Assembly: GCA_002269645.1 (NCBI GenBank)
Contig: NIVC01003374.1
Location: 1 to 64,000, forward strand
Reading direction: 5' to 3'
Source of the DNA: Macrostomum lignano
Taxonomy: Eukaryota
Length of the DNA: 64,000 bases
A program made the translations under genes and the position numbers. The notes below the pieces were generated by a model. That model worked only from the letters and a program-made list of their open reading frames with translations, did not search any database and was not told the origin of the DNA. Below are positions 33,135 to 46,659 of the stretch, in pieces. Within the stretch, counting starts at the first letter, position 1. The number at the start of each line of letters is the position of its first letter.

Positions 33135-36100
33135 TAGTAAGACATGAAAACTTTATATCCTAATAAGGAGAATAGAGAGAATAGAGAGAGGGGAAAGAGG
33201 AGAGATAAAAAGAAAGAAAATAATAAAGAAAAAGGCAAAAAAGTCATATAAAGTGAAAATTAAGTTGCAATCAGGAGAAACTAAGTTGCAAATCTGGACA
33301 AAACTAAGTTGCACCGGATAGGTGAAATTTTGAGGTTGGGCATGTATGCTTCAGCTAAGCAAGCTGAGTGTGCATGCTTCTAGGGAGCTTAGTTTTGTAC
33401 TCATTGATGTCTAGTTGAACTCCAACAACTTTGTTGGGAAGTTCAGCATATGTGTATTGGGCCAGGTTGTGTTAATGAGCCAAGGTGTGGATTTTGACAA
33501 TATATAGTAAAGACAATGTCCTTGAGGCAAAATGGGAAGATTGACAATAAATAAATAGTAACAAAGATGCCAGGGTTATAGGCAGCTAATGATAAACTGT
33601 TTAGCATGTAGTGTATAATACAATGCTATTTTTATTGAGTAGCCAAATCTCATGATAATAGAGGTTGACCTCCAGAGCAATGGATATATTGCCAATAATA
33701 GTTCAAATGACATTGTTCTTATCTACCTGCAGACATTGCCAATTTAAGTTGCAGATAAGAGTCATCCATATAAGTGCAGCATACTTGAGGTAGGGACAAA
33801 TATAGCTTTCTGCTTGAAATCAAAGATGTGTCTATATGTCTACTTTAAAGGCTATGTATATATTTTAGATTTGCTCCAATAGCCCCAATTTTAACAAACA
33901 TACAGACAGACAATTTTAACAGACAGACCAGGCGGTCTAACATCATGCTCAGTATAAGCAGGGAGGGTCAACACTCCAGTCTTGCTACTTACCAATCCTG
34001 AGGCATGTTGCACACATAGACTGAAAGTTAGTAACTAGGGTCATGGTGAAGGCACAGGCCTGGGTAATAGAATGCCGACTCCAGACCCCAAAGAACTTGC
34101 ACATTTATGTGGGTATTACTGAACTTGAGGATCATTGCTATCATTGCTCAGATATCTTACTCACTTTCAAGCCATAGGCCTAGATGTCTACTATGACTGT
34201 TCTAGTTTATTTATGTTAGTTATGTTAGCTATACCCTGGTATAGATGCAAGGATGAAAAAATACCAACTCTAAGGTGATAAACAGACTGGGAGAGAGTGG
34301 AATGCAAATCAAATGCACTGCTGCCTTAGCCAGAATGCCATGGCAGAGCCAATCAGCATGTAAGAAAGGGTAGAGAATTGATGCAAGAGAGCACACAAGG
34401 GAGGTGGAGGGCTTACATGCAAGCAATTGTAATTTTAATTTCCTATTAATATGTTTAATGTTTACTTGATAGTTGTTATATGCACTACCTGTGCAATTGC
34501 TGTCTAACACAGCTGATTTGGCCAGTGTAAACTGTGGTAGGCCAAGTGTAAGTGGCAAAATAGACAACTTTCTAAACAATATTTTATGAGTAGCTAAACC
34601 TCATCCTTTGCTTTTGGATAAGTTACAAAACTAAGTTGTATTTTCAGTCAAAACCTAGTTGCATAACCAGTGTTACAAGTTCAGAGGTTATGCATATATT
34701 TTAGTATTTTTTTCTGATAGGCTCATGATGTTAAATGTATATTGTTTATTTTTCAAATTATATCATACCAAGCACCAGGTGACATAGTGTGCATCAGTGA
34801 TCATTTGTTATGTACCGTATTATAATGATGTACTATATTCGTTGTACTTTATTCCATGCTTGCTGTTATGGTAAGTTAGTCAACATGGCAGCATTTTTTG
34901 ACATTTTCACTTTAAAAGATATGTGGTGATATGGGGTTTAATGCACTTTGCTCTTAGTTATACACTTTACTTATAGTCGTTCAAAAGGTATGATACAAAA
35001 AAAGACAATTTTTCCTCCTAAATGAAAAAAACCGTGCGAATCAGTATGTTCGTGACTAATTTCGGACTGATACCCGGTTCCTTTTGCACAGATATAAGGT
35101 AACAGTTCTGCACAGTACAGGTGTGTCTTTGGCGAGCCAGAGACAGATAAAAGAAGCGAGTTAGAAAAAAGGCCTGAAGGATGACGGCCCTAGCAGTTGG
35201 TCATTTTTGGGATAGATTAGATGCTTAGAGACAGGGGAGGTGAAGTTATCCCCAATCCAAGCAGTGGTAAGACAGTGGTGGAGTGTTTGGTGCATAGCGG
35301 GAGAGAAGGGAACGGTCAAACTGGGCTTGACATCGGAGAGAAAAAAATAAAACGAATGTGGAATGGCGGCCGCCTCTTGTTCCTTCCTAGCCTAAATCAA
35401 GAAGGTCTAAATCCAAAACCTGGATTGACAAATCTTCCCTCAAAATCGCCCATAAAAAGTTCGTTTTTTTACTTTAAAATAAAACGAGGTTTTTCATAAT
35501 TCCGGTTAACCAACAGTAGCAATCTGAATCTAAATCTATCTGAATATGATCAAAAAGTGCAATAACTCCAGGTAGTTTTGGATCTCCGTCGCCAGTCCCC
35601 TGGCCTTTTACATCTGGCTTCATAGTCATGCTTTAATTTTTAGCATCGGTTCTATATATACTGTATGTACGCGTGCATACTTTTGCTTTTAGCTAAAAAT
35701 AGCTTTTTTAAAGCCGACCAATTCGGAAACTGCACAGATAGCTGGGTTGGGAGGGGGGGAGCCAAGCCTAGTGGATAGCTATAAAGCAGCGAGTGGGGTC
35801 GGTTGTCAAGCGTAGATTAGCAGCCAAATAATAAAAAGCTGCAATGCAACGCTTTCTTAGGATCTAATTTGTAGTTATTCCTAGTCCTAACAATTCACTG
35901 TCAATCTGTAACTTTCAGTCGTCTATCTCTGCCTGACTGCTTGCTGTTAAGAATATCAATTTTGAATAAGTCTGCTCGTTTCCGAAGACTGATGGCAACT
36001 AGACTTGTTAGTGTGCACTGCGCATTGAACCGATAGGCATCACGTTTAATACTGAGCCGATGTCTTATCCAACTGGCGTTCTACTTTGCACCGTGTGTTT

Positions 36101-36258
36101 AGTTTTAATAAACAATCTAAAGATAAAGATAGAAATTAAATCAACAGTCTTCGTACGCTGAGCCATTCTCTGACGGAAGTTGCACTGCTGGGTGAAGAGA
36201 TTCATCGTCCAACAGAGACAACTGTTTAGACTGCCTATTGAAATAGATATATTTAGTA

Positions 36259-38537
36259 ATGCAGCGAAGCCTTAAACCGCCGCAGGGTCATCAGGCCCAG
36301 CAACAGCAACAATACAATCAGTTTGGCATTGTATATGTGAAGCCATCAACTCGCGAGCATCGCAGCTCAAGCGCCACTGCCATACCCAGCGGTGCCAGTG
36401 GCAAGCATCGTTCCCACTCGGCTATACCACAGCCTCCGCAGCAGCCGCATCATCCAGATCCTTCTTCTTCAACATCAGCAGTAGCAACAGCAGGTACTTT
36501 GCCATTTTCTCCTCGATACGGTCTGCGTTCTCGGCAGCAGCAGCAGCAGCAGCAGCGTTGCCATAGCAACACAGGTAGCAGAAATACCAGCCCGGCGCCG
36601 CCTTTGGCCCCGTCCAGACTGACATCCGGTCGTCACGCTATGCCTACCGGTCACTCAACAGCATCTTCCGGCACTTCATCGTCTGGCATACCAACTAGCA
36701 GCGGCAAGTCAGCCGCTTCGTCGGGAATTCCTCAGCCCCAGGGCAGGCGAGGCTCAGCAGCCGCTGTGGTTGCAGCAACGCCTTCGCCTGGCGCCTCTGC
36801 GCACAGCTCGCTGCCTCAGCCGCAGCGGCATCAACGAGCTCGATCTGAGCAGCCTCCGGCGCAACCGAAGCAGCCAACTGTTCAGTCTACTCAGCTTCCT
36901 AAACCGACTAAATCTGTCCCAAACAGTAGCGGCATCCCAGCGCCATCTGCATCGCCGGCCGCGAAATCCCGTACAGCTTCAAAGAAACCGCCGACGACTC
37001 CGCAGTCTTCTTCTTCGACTAATTCTCAGGCGGCATCCTCGTCAGCGTCCACTGGACGTAGATTGCTGTCCAGGCCAACAATCGGGCAGACAGCTTCACC
37101 TAGATCTGTTACAACGGCATCCCCTGCCTCCGCTACTACTGTTAAGAACTCCAACAATACTAGCAGTAGTAATAGTTTTCTAACTTGCGATGCTTCCGAC
37201 GAGGATAACAGCAATTCCTTGCACATCGACTGCAGCGATCTTGATGATGCTTTAAACAATGCCGACGAGATGTCGATCAGTTCCAGCGAACTGTCGGACG
37301 CTGTTGCTGAGCTGGAACGCTCAGTCTGCGCTGGAGGAGAGGGCCGGGCCACTCCAGACTTGTATGGCCTCACTTTGCGTAAAGCATCGGCAGATTATGG
37401 AGCCATTCGTTCATCCAGTCGGCTTCAGCAACTCCTTCAGGAGGGCTCAGCTGGCGGCGGCAGCGGTGGAGAGTACTACTTCTCCGATACAGAGTCTGTA
37501 CAGCGTCAGCAGCAGCACCAGCTGCTACAGCAGCACCAGAGACGCAAAACCGGCCTGGCTGCTGGCACCAGTGGCTACTGCACCATTCGGTCTGCAGCTG
37601 GTCAAGCCCCCGCCTCTCTGCCAATGTCTGCCGCTGTTCCTCCAACACCTAGTCAGAGCCTTCGACTGCCGTACGCCACCATGCGGTCAAGCTGTTCAAC
37701 TGGGAGCTTCTACCCGGGTAGTGGTGGCGGCGGAGGCATCGGAGGCTCCACGCTGTCAATCTACTCGGCCGTGTCTTCATCAGCCACTACGGCTAATGAG
37801 GAGCGGCAAGCGATGGAGATTGCAAAGCTTCGAGCTGAGCTTGAGCAGGCCCAGCAGAGAATCGCTAGTCTGGCTGGTCAGCTCTGCGCCAACACAGACG
37901 CTGCCGAGGCTTTTGAACAGTCTCTGTCGGATGTCACCACCAAGCTGAGAGATCTGGCTAGCAGTGCTGAACGCAAGGACACTGAGCTGTCCCGTCTCCG
38001 GGCCGCTGTTGGCGCGCTGAAACGCGAGGAAGCGCCAATGCAGCTTATGATGCAGAAGGAGTCGCAGCAGCAAGGCTCGCAAAGTAAACGGCATCATGGC
38101 TGGTTGAGAAGTTTGCGCAGCTCAAAAAAGCAGCAACAACAGCAGCAGCAGCAGCAGTCACAAGCACAGCCTCCTCCTCAGCAACAGCAGCCACCTGTTG
38201 TTGAGCCTCCCGCACTAACAGAGCTCGAACTCCAGCAAAAGCAGCAATCCGCTGCCGAGCTGCAACAATTGCGCAGTCTAACAGAAAAAATGCGAGCAGA
38301 CATTAGCAATTTGAAGGCTGAGAATTGTCGCCTTCAGCAGCTGCAACAGATGAGATCAGATTTTGTAAGCGAGGATCACGGATTTGGCGGGTCGGTTACT
38401 GACGTTTATGGTGGCTTCGGCGGTGGCGCCAGACGGCTGAGCGTGGACTCGACAGCAGCTTTGTCGGCGATCTCTGTCGGCGATGGCTCAATGGATGGTC
38501 GCTGCGATGCCGCCGTAGTGGTTAACGGGGCTCAAGG
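36259..38537 (+). CDS. NAV2: Neuron navigator / unc-53 / sickie-like protein, exon 1 (Ser/Pro/Gln-rich region + coiled coils)
   Basis: EIAKLRAELEQAQQRIASLAGQLCANTDAAEAFEQSL...ERKDTELSRLR matches the NAV coiled coil (EIRKLRRELESSQEKVATLTSQLSAN...AFEQSL); donor GG|GTGAGA at 38538. Symbol denotes the family, not proven orthology. Confidence 0.88.
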
Positions 38538-38559
38538 GTGAGAAAGATTTTAAAGTATA

Positions 38560-38800
38560 GAGACCGGTAGTTTCCATGAGGGGAAATACTTCCGCTGACT
38601 CCTGAGGACATGCAAGCGCGACAATATTATACGCAGGCACGCACTCATACACATGCTCATACAAGGTGTACAATGGCCCTTTGACTTACTAATCGTTAGA
38701 CTTGTACACCCTCTGTGCCTTAGGGGTTAGAGCCGTTCAGGGAGTCGAACCAGGGGCCGTAATGTGATAGTCAGACGTGCTTATCACTGACAGTGTTGCA
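38560..38800 (-). mobile_element. tRNA-derived SINE in the NAV intron
   Basis: Minus strand: A-box-like tcagtgataag, B-box GGTTCGACTCCC (38740-38751); body shares a 26/31-nt core with 8492-8525. Confidence 0.65.
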
Positions 38801-38851
38801 CATTATACTGTAAGCTTCACAAAGTAACTACCCACCCTATTTCCCCCGCAG

Positions 38852-40352
38852 ATTTGACCTAATCGATGGATTTCCAAGCTCAGCGGAAAGTCTCCGACTC
38901 ACTGTGCTGGCTGGGAGCAGCAAGCAGCCAATTGGCTGTCTGCCAGTCTGTCCCAGAACAAAATGGGAAACTTTAGACGCCTGTTGCGGTCGGCTGTTTA
39001 AAGAATATTTGACTAGAGTTGATCCTAGCCAGGGTCTCGGCTTGGGATCGGACTGCGTTGTCGCTTACGAAATCCTTGGGAGCAATGGCGGCAGCAGCGG
39101 CATGGGTCTCAGGCGGCGTGGCGCTTCATCTCACTCTTGCCCGCCGCCTCTGGTAGCTTGCATGTCGGCCGCCTCTGCCGCCTCCTCGGATCCCAATATT
39201 GATCCTAGAAATCCCCAGCTTCGACTTTATCTACAGCTCCATCTGGCTAGCGAGTTGGAGACCCTGGCACTGGAGACTCTGGTGCCTAAGCCCACACTGC
39301 AGAGATATATCGGTCTGCTGAAGGAGCACAGGCGTATTGCGTTGTGCGGCCCAGCAGGTGTTGGCAAGTCCAGACTGGCTGCTAGCCTAGCAGCTCACCT
39401 GTCTGGTTCTTCCTCTAGCGTGGCCACTTTCACCGCCGATCGGCGTAGCGAAAGAAATCTTCGAACTTTTCTCACCAGTTTGAATAACGATTCCAGCGTT
39501 GGTGCAGTTGTGCTGGATAATTTGCACCTGGTAGACTCGCTATCTGAGGTCCTGTCAGCCTGTTTGCCGCCGAAGGAACCGCCGCCGTATTTCATAGTTG
39601 GCGTGATGACGCAAGGCGGCAGCGGGCAAGCTGAGCGACTTCACGCGGCCAAGCTTGAGCTGCACAGCGCTTGCAATTTTCGCTGGGTTCTGTGCTCGGC
39701 TCATATGGAACCGGTGCGCGGCTTTCTGGGCCGGTGTCTGCGCCAGCGTCTGGTTGCTGCCGAAGTTGAAGCTGGGTCCAGACTGCCCGAGATGTCGCTG
39801 ATAGTTGACTGGCTGCAGGACGCCTGGTTGAAGTTAAATCGCCTGTTGGAGACACACGCTGGCGCTGAGGCGTCGCTGGGCCCCGGCCAGTTCGCCGCCT
39901 GCCCCATGGACTCGTGGCGCGGCGCGGAGCAGTGGTTCCTGCGGCTGTGGAATCACTGCTTAGTGCCCTACGTTATCGAAGCTTGCCGTGAAGGCCTGCG
40001 TCTGCGCGGCGCCAGAGCTCCGTGGGAAGATCCGGCGGCCAAGTTGAAGATTGACTGGCCCTGGGGTGCCAGCGGGGACGCCGAGGAGTTGATCAGCATC
40101 CGTCCGGAGGATGTGGGTTACGAAGCTAGTAGACCTCCAGCCGCAGGGGTTTCCGCACCAGCCGTTGCCACCGGAGCTGCTGATGACATCCCAGCCGAAG
40201 TTGTCAATAAAGATTCTACAGTATCTAACGACGAGGTGATTCCAGCATCGTCTGATGCCAACACCACAGATGACCGACTGATGGCTATGCTCATGCGGCT
40301 ACAGGAGGTTGCTAACTGTGGTTTGGCTAGTGACCTGACAGACTGTGTCTGA
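38852..40352 (+). CDS. NAV2: Neuron navigator-like protein, exon 2 (AAA+ ATPase); total 1259 aa
   Basis: Acceptor ttcccccgcag at 38851, phase-2 join; ETLVPKPTLQRYIGLLKEHRRIALCGPAGVGKS (Walker A); 2279+1501 = 3780 nt in frame. Confidence 0.92.
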
Positions 40353-40439
40353 GTTTGTTAGTGTGCGGTTATATTGTGCGCAACCATTGAACAGCAATGT
40401 TTTAGGATCTTGTGGATTTTTCTCTGAGAGTTTCGATAC

Positions 40440-41065
40440 ATCCACGATAATCTCCCTTCAACCCACTAGAATCTCCCTTATAAATCTATCAGAATCTTGC
40501 TTAAATCCACGAGAATCTTCCTTAAAATCCATGAGAATCTCTCTTAACTCCACAAGAATCTCCCTTCAATCCACGAGAATTTCCCTTGAATCCACGAGAG
40601 TCTCCCTTGAATCCACGAGAATCTCCCTTCAATCCACGATAATCTCCCTTCAACCCACTAGAATCTCCCTTAAATCTATCAGAATCTCGCTTCAATCCAC
40701 GAGAATCTCCCTTCAATCCGCTAGGATCTCCCTTTAATCCACGAGAATCTCGCCTAAATCCACGAGAATCTCCCTTCAATCCACGAGAATCTCGCCTAAA
40801 TCCACGAGAATCTCCCTTCAATCCGCGAGAATCTCCCTTCAATCCACGAGAATCTCGCCTAAATCCACGAGAATCTCCCTTCAATCCGCGAGAATCTCCC
40901 TTCAATCCACGAGAACCTCCCTTCAATCCACGAGAATCTCCCTTCAATCCACGAGAATCTCCCTTCGATCCTCGAGAATCTCCCTTCAATCCACGAGAAT
41001 CTCCCTTCAATTCACGAGAGTCTCCCTTCAATCCACGAGAATCTCCTTTAAATCCACGAGAATCT
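40440..41065. repeat. 21-bp minisatellite just downstream of the NAV stop
   Basis: Unit aatccacgagaatctcccttc, about 29 copies. Confidence 0.95.
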
Positions 41066-42379
41066 TCTAAAATTTTACGTGAAGCTCTCTAAACCGTACA
41101 AGAATATTCGAAAAGTCTGAGAAGCCTTCTCGAATTCATAGAATCGTCTTTGAGCTGTCTGTTATATTCAGAAGCATGGCAGTACTTGTCAACTAGTTTT
41201 CATCTGGAGCAATATTTTCAAAACATGGCTTACTTTGAAGAGTTTATATATTGTTTATTACGATAGATTTGGCAGAAATCTGACGTATTGCAATCTTCAT
41301 GTATATGCGTTGCTAATAAAATTAAAAGCAATACATTTTCTCATTAATTAGATCACTGTATTATTTAATGTATTTAATATATTATATATATTATCTTATT
41401 GCATTACAATATTTGCAAAAAAGCCTGCATTATATACAAGTATTTTTTAGCGTAATCAAATCAAAACTTTACCTAAAATTGATACTTTCAATAATTTGTG
41501 CAGTTTTTATCAATTATATTATATAGTGTCTTCTGCCCAGTCAGACGTGTTGGTTGGTTAAGAAAGAAAGAAAAACAGTTTGATACAGTTTGTTTAAATG
41601 CGATCAAGTCTTCAGCTGTTCGCCTTTCAACCGCTTGCTTTTATCTCCGTATTTTACCATTTTTTATTTGCTCATCATCTCTCATTACTTCCATCCAGCT
41701 TAGCTGCATAGCATTGGCTTCCACAAAGGTTCTTTTCTACTAATGTATAATCACAAAATTATTTGAGCAATAAATCCAATTCGATTATTTTTATCAGTTA
41801 TAAATGCTTGCGCTTGCTGCAAATAGTTTTTATTGTGTTTTAAAATCCTTCGTGCCGCCGGAGTCTCTTAGTACAGACTAATCTCTTGTGAAGTTTTTTT
41901 ACCTTGTTGCTTTTTTGTAAATCGAATTCGCTTAGCCGTTTTAGTCACCTTAGTATGAAAAAACCGTTTATTTTGTCATTTTTTGCAACCGATGTCTAGT
42001 GTAAATAATACAGAAAAGTCTCGGTTGTTGAACTTTTCTCAAAGTACAATTTCACTAGCAATGCTACGTGCTTTTTTGTTTTTTTGTGTCTGTGAATGAA
42101 ACTATTTATATTGTTTTTTTAGCTTGGTAACTATTATTTACTTGGTATTGATATTTAGAATTCTTGGCATTGAGAAAATATTTATTGGCTTTATTATCGA
42201 ATATAGACTAAGCAAAAGTTCTTTATTAGTTATCAAATAATTATTCACGAATATATTTCGTCAGAAGTAGAACTTTTTGTTTCAGTATCCACACACACCC
42301 AATGGACACTCAGAAATGGCTTTCACAAACCTATACTACGAATGTACATTCACTCTTAGCCAACCCCTAACCTTTATTG

Positions 42380-43230
42380 TATACTCGCTCTTCACAGACA
42401 TTAACCCCCAGTGTACGCTCCTATTCATCAAACTCTAACCCCCAATGTACACTCGCTCTTCACCAACCTCTTACCCCCAATGTACACTCGCTATTCGTCA
42501 ACCTCTTACCCCCAATGTACACTCGCTCTTCACCAACATCTTACCCCCAATGTACACTCGCTCTTCGCCAACCTCTTACCCCCAATGTACACTCGCTCTT
42601 CGCCAACCTCTTACCCCCAATGTACACTCGCTCTTCGCCAACCTCTTACCCCCAATGTACACTCGCTCTTCGCCAACCTCTTACCCCCAATGTACACTCG
42701 CTCTTCGCCAACCTCTTACCCCCAATGTACACTCGCTCTTCACCAACCTCTTACCCCCAATGTACACTCACTCTTCGCCAACCTCTTACCCCCAATGTAC
42801 ACTCGCTCTTCACCAACCTCTTACCCCCAATGTACACTCGCTCTTCACCAACCTCTTACCCCCAATGTACACTCGCTCTTCACCAACCTCTTACCCCCAA
42901 TGTACACTCGCTCTTCACCAACCTCTTACCCCCAATGTACACTCGCTCTTCACCAACCTCTTACCCCCAATGTACACTCGCTCTTCGCCAACCTCTTACC
43001 CCCAATGTACACTCGCTCTTCGCCAACCTCTTACCCCCAATGTACACTCGCTCTTCACCAACCTCTTACCCCCAATGTACACTCGCTCTTCACCAACCTC
43101 TTACCCCCAATGTACACTCGCTCTTCACCAACCTCTTACCCCCAATGTACACTCGCTCTTCGCCAACCTCTTACCCCCAATGTACACTCGCTCTTCGCCA
43201 ACCTCTTACCCCAAAGCTACACTCATTCTT
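42380..43230. repeat. 35-bp minisatellite
   Basis: Unit ccaacctcttacccccaatgtacactcgctcttc(a/g), about 23 copies. Confidence 0.95.
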
Positions 43231-44389
43231 AAGTTATTTAAACCTTAGGGCTTATCATTTCGCAATAGTTAACAGCCAGTAAATAAGCAAGGTATACATT
43301 TCACAAACTTTTCACCTAGTATACCATTACAATGTACGTACAGATTTATCTGTTTTAGTAAAGTATCATATTTTATACTTAACTTGTGTGAAATTTCTGT
43401 CGATAAAATTAATAATCTTATCCTATACATGATTAATTTGTCATTAATTTCGCCACCCAGTCCACAATCAGGTTGTTTCAAATTTAGTCGAATTATTAAT
43501 GCAAACTAGTTTTTCGCGTTTATCGTGTTATTGTGTACTTGAGCTGAAATAGAAGCCTTTGCTTTGCATTACATAATAATATTGACTTTGTCAGTGATGT
43601 TAGAGAATTCCCATTCGTTGTGGCAGTAGTACACTCAGCCTGTGTGCACCCTGGCGCACTTTAAGCGACATTGTCACACAACCGGCGAGAGGCATTTAAT
43701 GGTAGCCAATAGTGTGACTGCACTTGGAATCGAGCCTGGGCCGCTGAAACATCACTAAGGCTGCCCCCCCCCTTTAGGCAGTCTGTGGGAGTGCAGCTTG
43801 GAAGTTCAACCTGTCCGTTTGGTTGGCTATATTGTTTATGGCCAATTCCAGTTCTGTGGCAGTGGCTGCTTGCTGCAGCTAATGCAGATTCTCCTAATTG
43901 TCAAATTCACTGATAAAAGCAATTTATAAACTTTCGGACATTTCTCCTGAGCGCCTATTGTTTGTTACAATGATTTCACTGTTCCCTAAATAACTGTACC
44001 AATGCTTTATTAAACAAGCTTTAAAAGCTTTCTTTTATCACAATTTTCTAACCCAATTTTTGTGAGAAGAATTTTTTTTCGCATTACCAAATATTTGATT
44101 ATATTTGTTTATTAAAGTAAATTGATCAGCTTTAATGTGCAACTGCTTTTTTGCCATATCTGAGTTCCATTATGGTTTTTTCCGATTTTTTTGAGTTTTT
44201 TTTTTAGAATATGAAGCATTAGGACGTTATTAACTAGCCATTTAGAAAATTAGTTTCCCAGGGATCTTAAGCCTTCTAGGGATTGCTAGCAATTAATAAA
44301 AAATTTTAAGCCTTTTTGTAGTTGCACTTGTTGACAAATAGCTTTTTTGTGACGCTGTAGAATTCAGTCTGTGGTTGTTGGAACTGACA

Positions 44390-45620
44390 AGGGGCGGAGC
44401 GTTATATTAAGGGGGCGGATGGTTAAAGGAAGGGGGTGGATGGTTTAAATCGAGGGGCGGATTGTTATAGGGAGGGAAGGATTGTTATAGCGTGGGGCGG
44501 ATGTTTAAATAGAGGGGCGGAAAGTTTAATAGAGGGGCGGAAAGTTTAATAGAGGGGGCGGATGGTTTAATAGAGGGGCGGATAGTTATAGGGAGAAGGC
44601 AGATGGTAAATACTGGGGGCGGATGGTTAAATAGAGGGGCGGATGATAAATAGAGGGGACGGATGGTAAATAGAGGGGGCGGATGGTAAATAGAGGGGGC
44701 GGATGGTAAATAGAGGGGGCGGATGGTAAATAGAGGGGCGGATGATAAATAGAGGGGGCGGATGGTAAATAGAGGGGGCGGATGGTAAATAGAGGGGGCG
44801 GATGGTAAATAGAGGGGGCGGATGGTAAATAGAGGGGGCGGATGGTAAATAGAGGGGGCGGATGGTAAATAGAGGGGGCGGATGGTTAAATAGAGGGGCG
44901 GATGATAAATAGAGGGGGCGGATGGTAAATAGAGGGGGCGGATGGTAAATAGAGGGGGCGGATGGTTTAATAGAGGAGGCGGATGGTAAATAGAGGGGGC
45001 GGATGGTAAATAGAGGGGGCGGATGGTTTAATAGAGGGGCGGATGGTTTAATAGAGGAGGCGGATGGTTTAATAGAGGGGCGGATGGTTTAATAGAGGGG
45101 GCGGATGGTTTAATAGAGGAGCAGATGGTTAAACAGAGTGGGCAGATGGTTAAACAGAGTGGGCAGATGGTTAAACAGAGTGGGCGGATGGTTAAACAGA
45201 GTGGGCGGATGGTTAAACAGAGTGGGCAGATGGTTAAACAGAGTGGGCGGATGGTTAAACAGAGTGGGCAGATGGTTAAACAGAGTGGGCAGATGGTTAA
45301 ACAGAGTGGGCAGATGGTTAAACAGAGTGGGCGGATGGTTAAACAGAGTGGGCAGATGGTTAAACAGAGTGGGCGGATGGTTAAACAGAGTGGGCAGATG
45401 GTTAAACAGAGTGGGCAGATGGTTAAACAGAGTGGGCAGATGGTTAAACAGAGTGGGCGGATGGTTAAACAGAGTGGGCGGATGGTTAAACAGAGTGGGC
45501 AGATGGTTAAACAGAGTGGGCGGATAGTTAAACAGAGTGGGCGGATGGTTAAACAGAGTGGGCGGATGGTTAAACAGAGTGGGTGGATGGTTAAACAGAG
45601 TGGGCAGATGGTTAAATAGA
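44390..45620. repeat. G-rich 20-bp then 21-bp minisatellite
   Basis: ggatggtaaatagagggggc to about 45110, then gatggttaaacagagtgggc(a/g). Confidence 0.95.
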
Positions 45621-46215
45621 GCGCGAATGGTCTAAGTGAGGGGCGGATATTTAACAGAATGAGACTGAGAATGGTGTACGGCGCAAGGCCGTTAATGAAA
45701 TCGAAGCAGATGGATGGCTTTGTGTGGCTCTGTGAGTTCAATTGGATCCAATTGTAAGATTTTCTATAGGCTCTCTTTACTTTAAGCGGTTATCTTCACA
45801 GGTATTAAGAACAAAATCACTCAGCTAGTTGCCTTCGTGTTGTCATTAGATTTCTATTGTCTATAAAATAGTCTAAACTGGCTTTGCCTATTCATTTTTT
45901 AATGGCAAAAGCGTATGAGGGGTTAATTTTGCGGCTATCCTCTGCTACTGCAAGAAACCGGGGACGGACGGCTTTGGAGTGGAGAACTCTGTAGGGGATA
46001 ATGGCGAGGGGAGTCTGGGCTGGAGGGGGTGTTGAGAGGCTGAGAAGGGAGTCGCCTCTTCTCTCCTCCCGTATTTGCATTCCTCCCCTCTTTTTTTCTT
46101 CCTAATCTGCAGCTTTCTGCGTACAGTCAGTCAGAGTCTGAGAGAGATCTGCTGTAGCGCCCACTTCTATCTGTCTTTCCGCGCTCCTGCTGCCCCTTTT
46201 TGGTCGGGCTTAATT

Positions 46216-46268
<53 letters not shown>

Positions 46269-46659
46269 CGTGCCTTCATCTCTTTCTGCTCTGAGCCCCA
46301 CGTGGTTGGCTGATATAATACTGTATAGCAAAGCTTCCATAGCGCTCGCGTGCGTGAACGAATGCTTTATGAGGAAGGCTCTGAGGCGATTCTTTTTTCT
46401 CTCTCTGCTCTTCTCGTTTGGTCAGTTGAGTAATAGTCTTGCGAAATGATACTCGTATTTACTGCTTCTTATAGAGTTTTGCGTGTTTATTATACAATTG
46501 TCTTGCGAATTGCTTCTACTGGCTAATCGGCTTGGTAAAAACTATCTTGCTTTTTTGTTTTGCTCTTGTTTGTAACTAGATAGTTGCAACTTCAAACAAT
46601 GAGTTGTCCCAGATTGTCTCCAGATTGTCAGTAGGATCATGCTTGGATGCATCAAAATT

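Noticed and set aside
35480-35630. 49-aa minus-strand ORF (LFDHIQIDLDSDCY) as the missing ANAPC7 first exon
   Set aside because: Similarity is weak and there is no phase-0 donor compatible with the 19236 acceptor.
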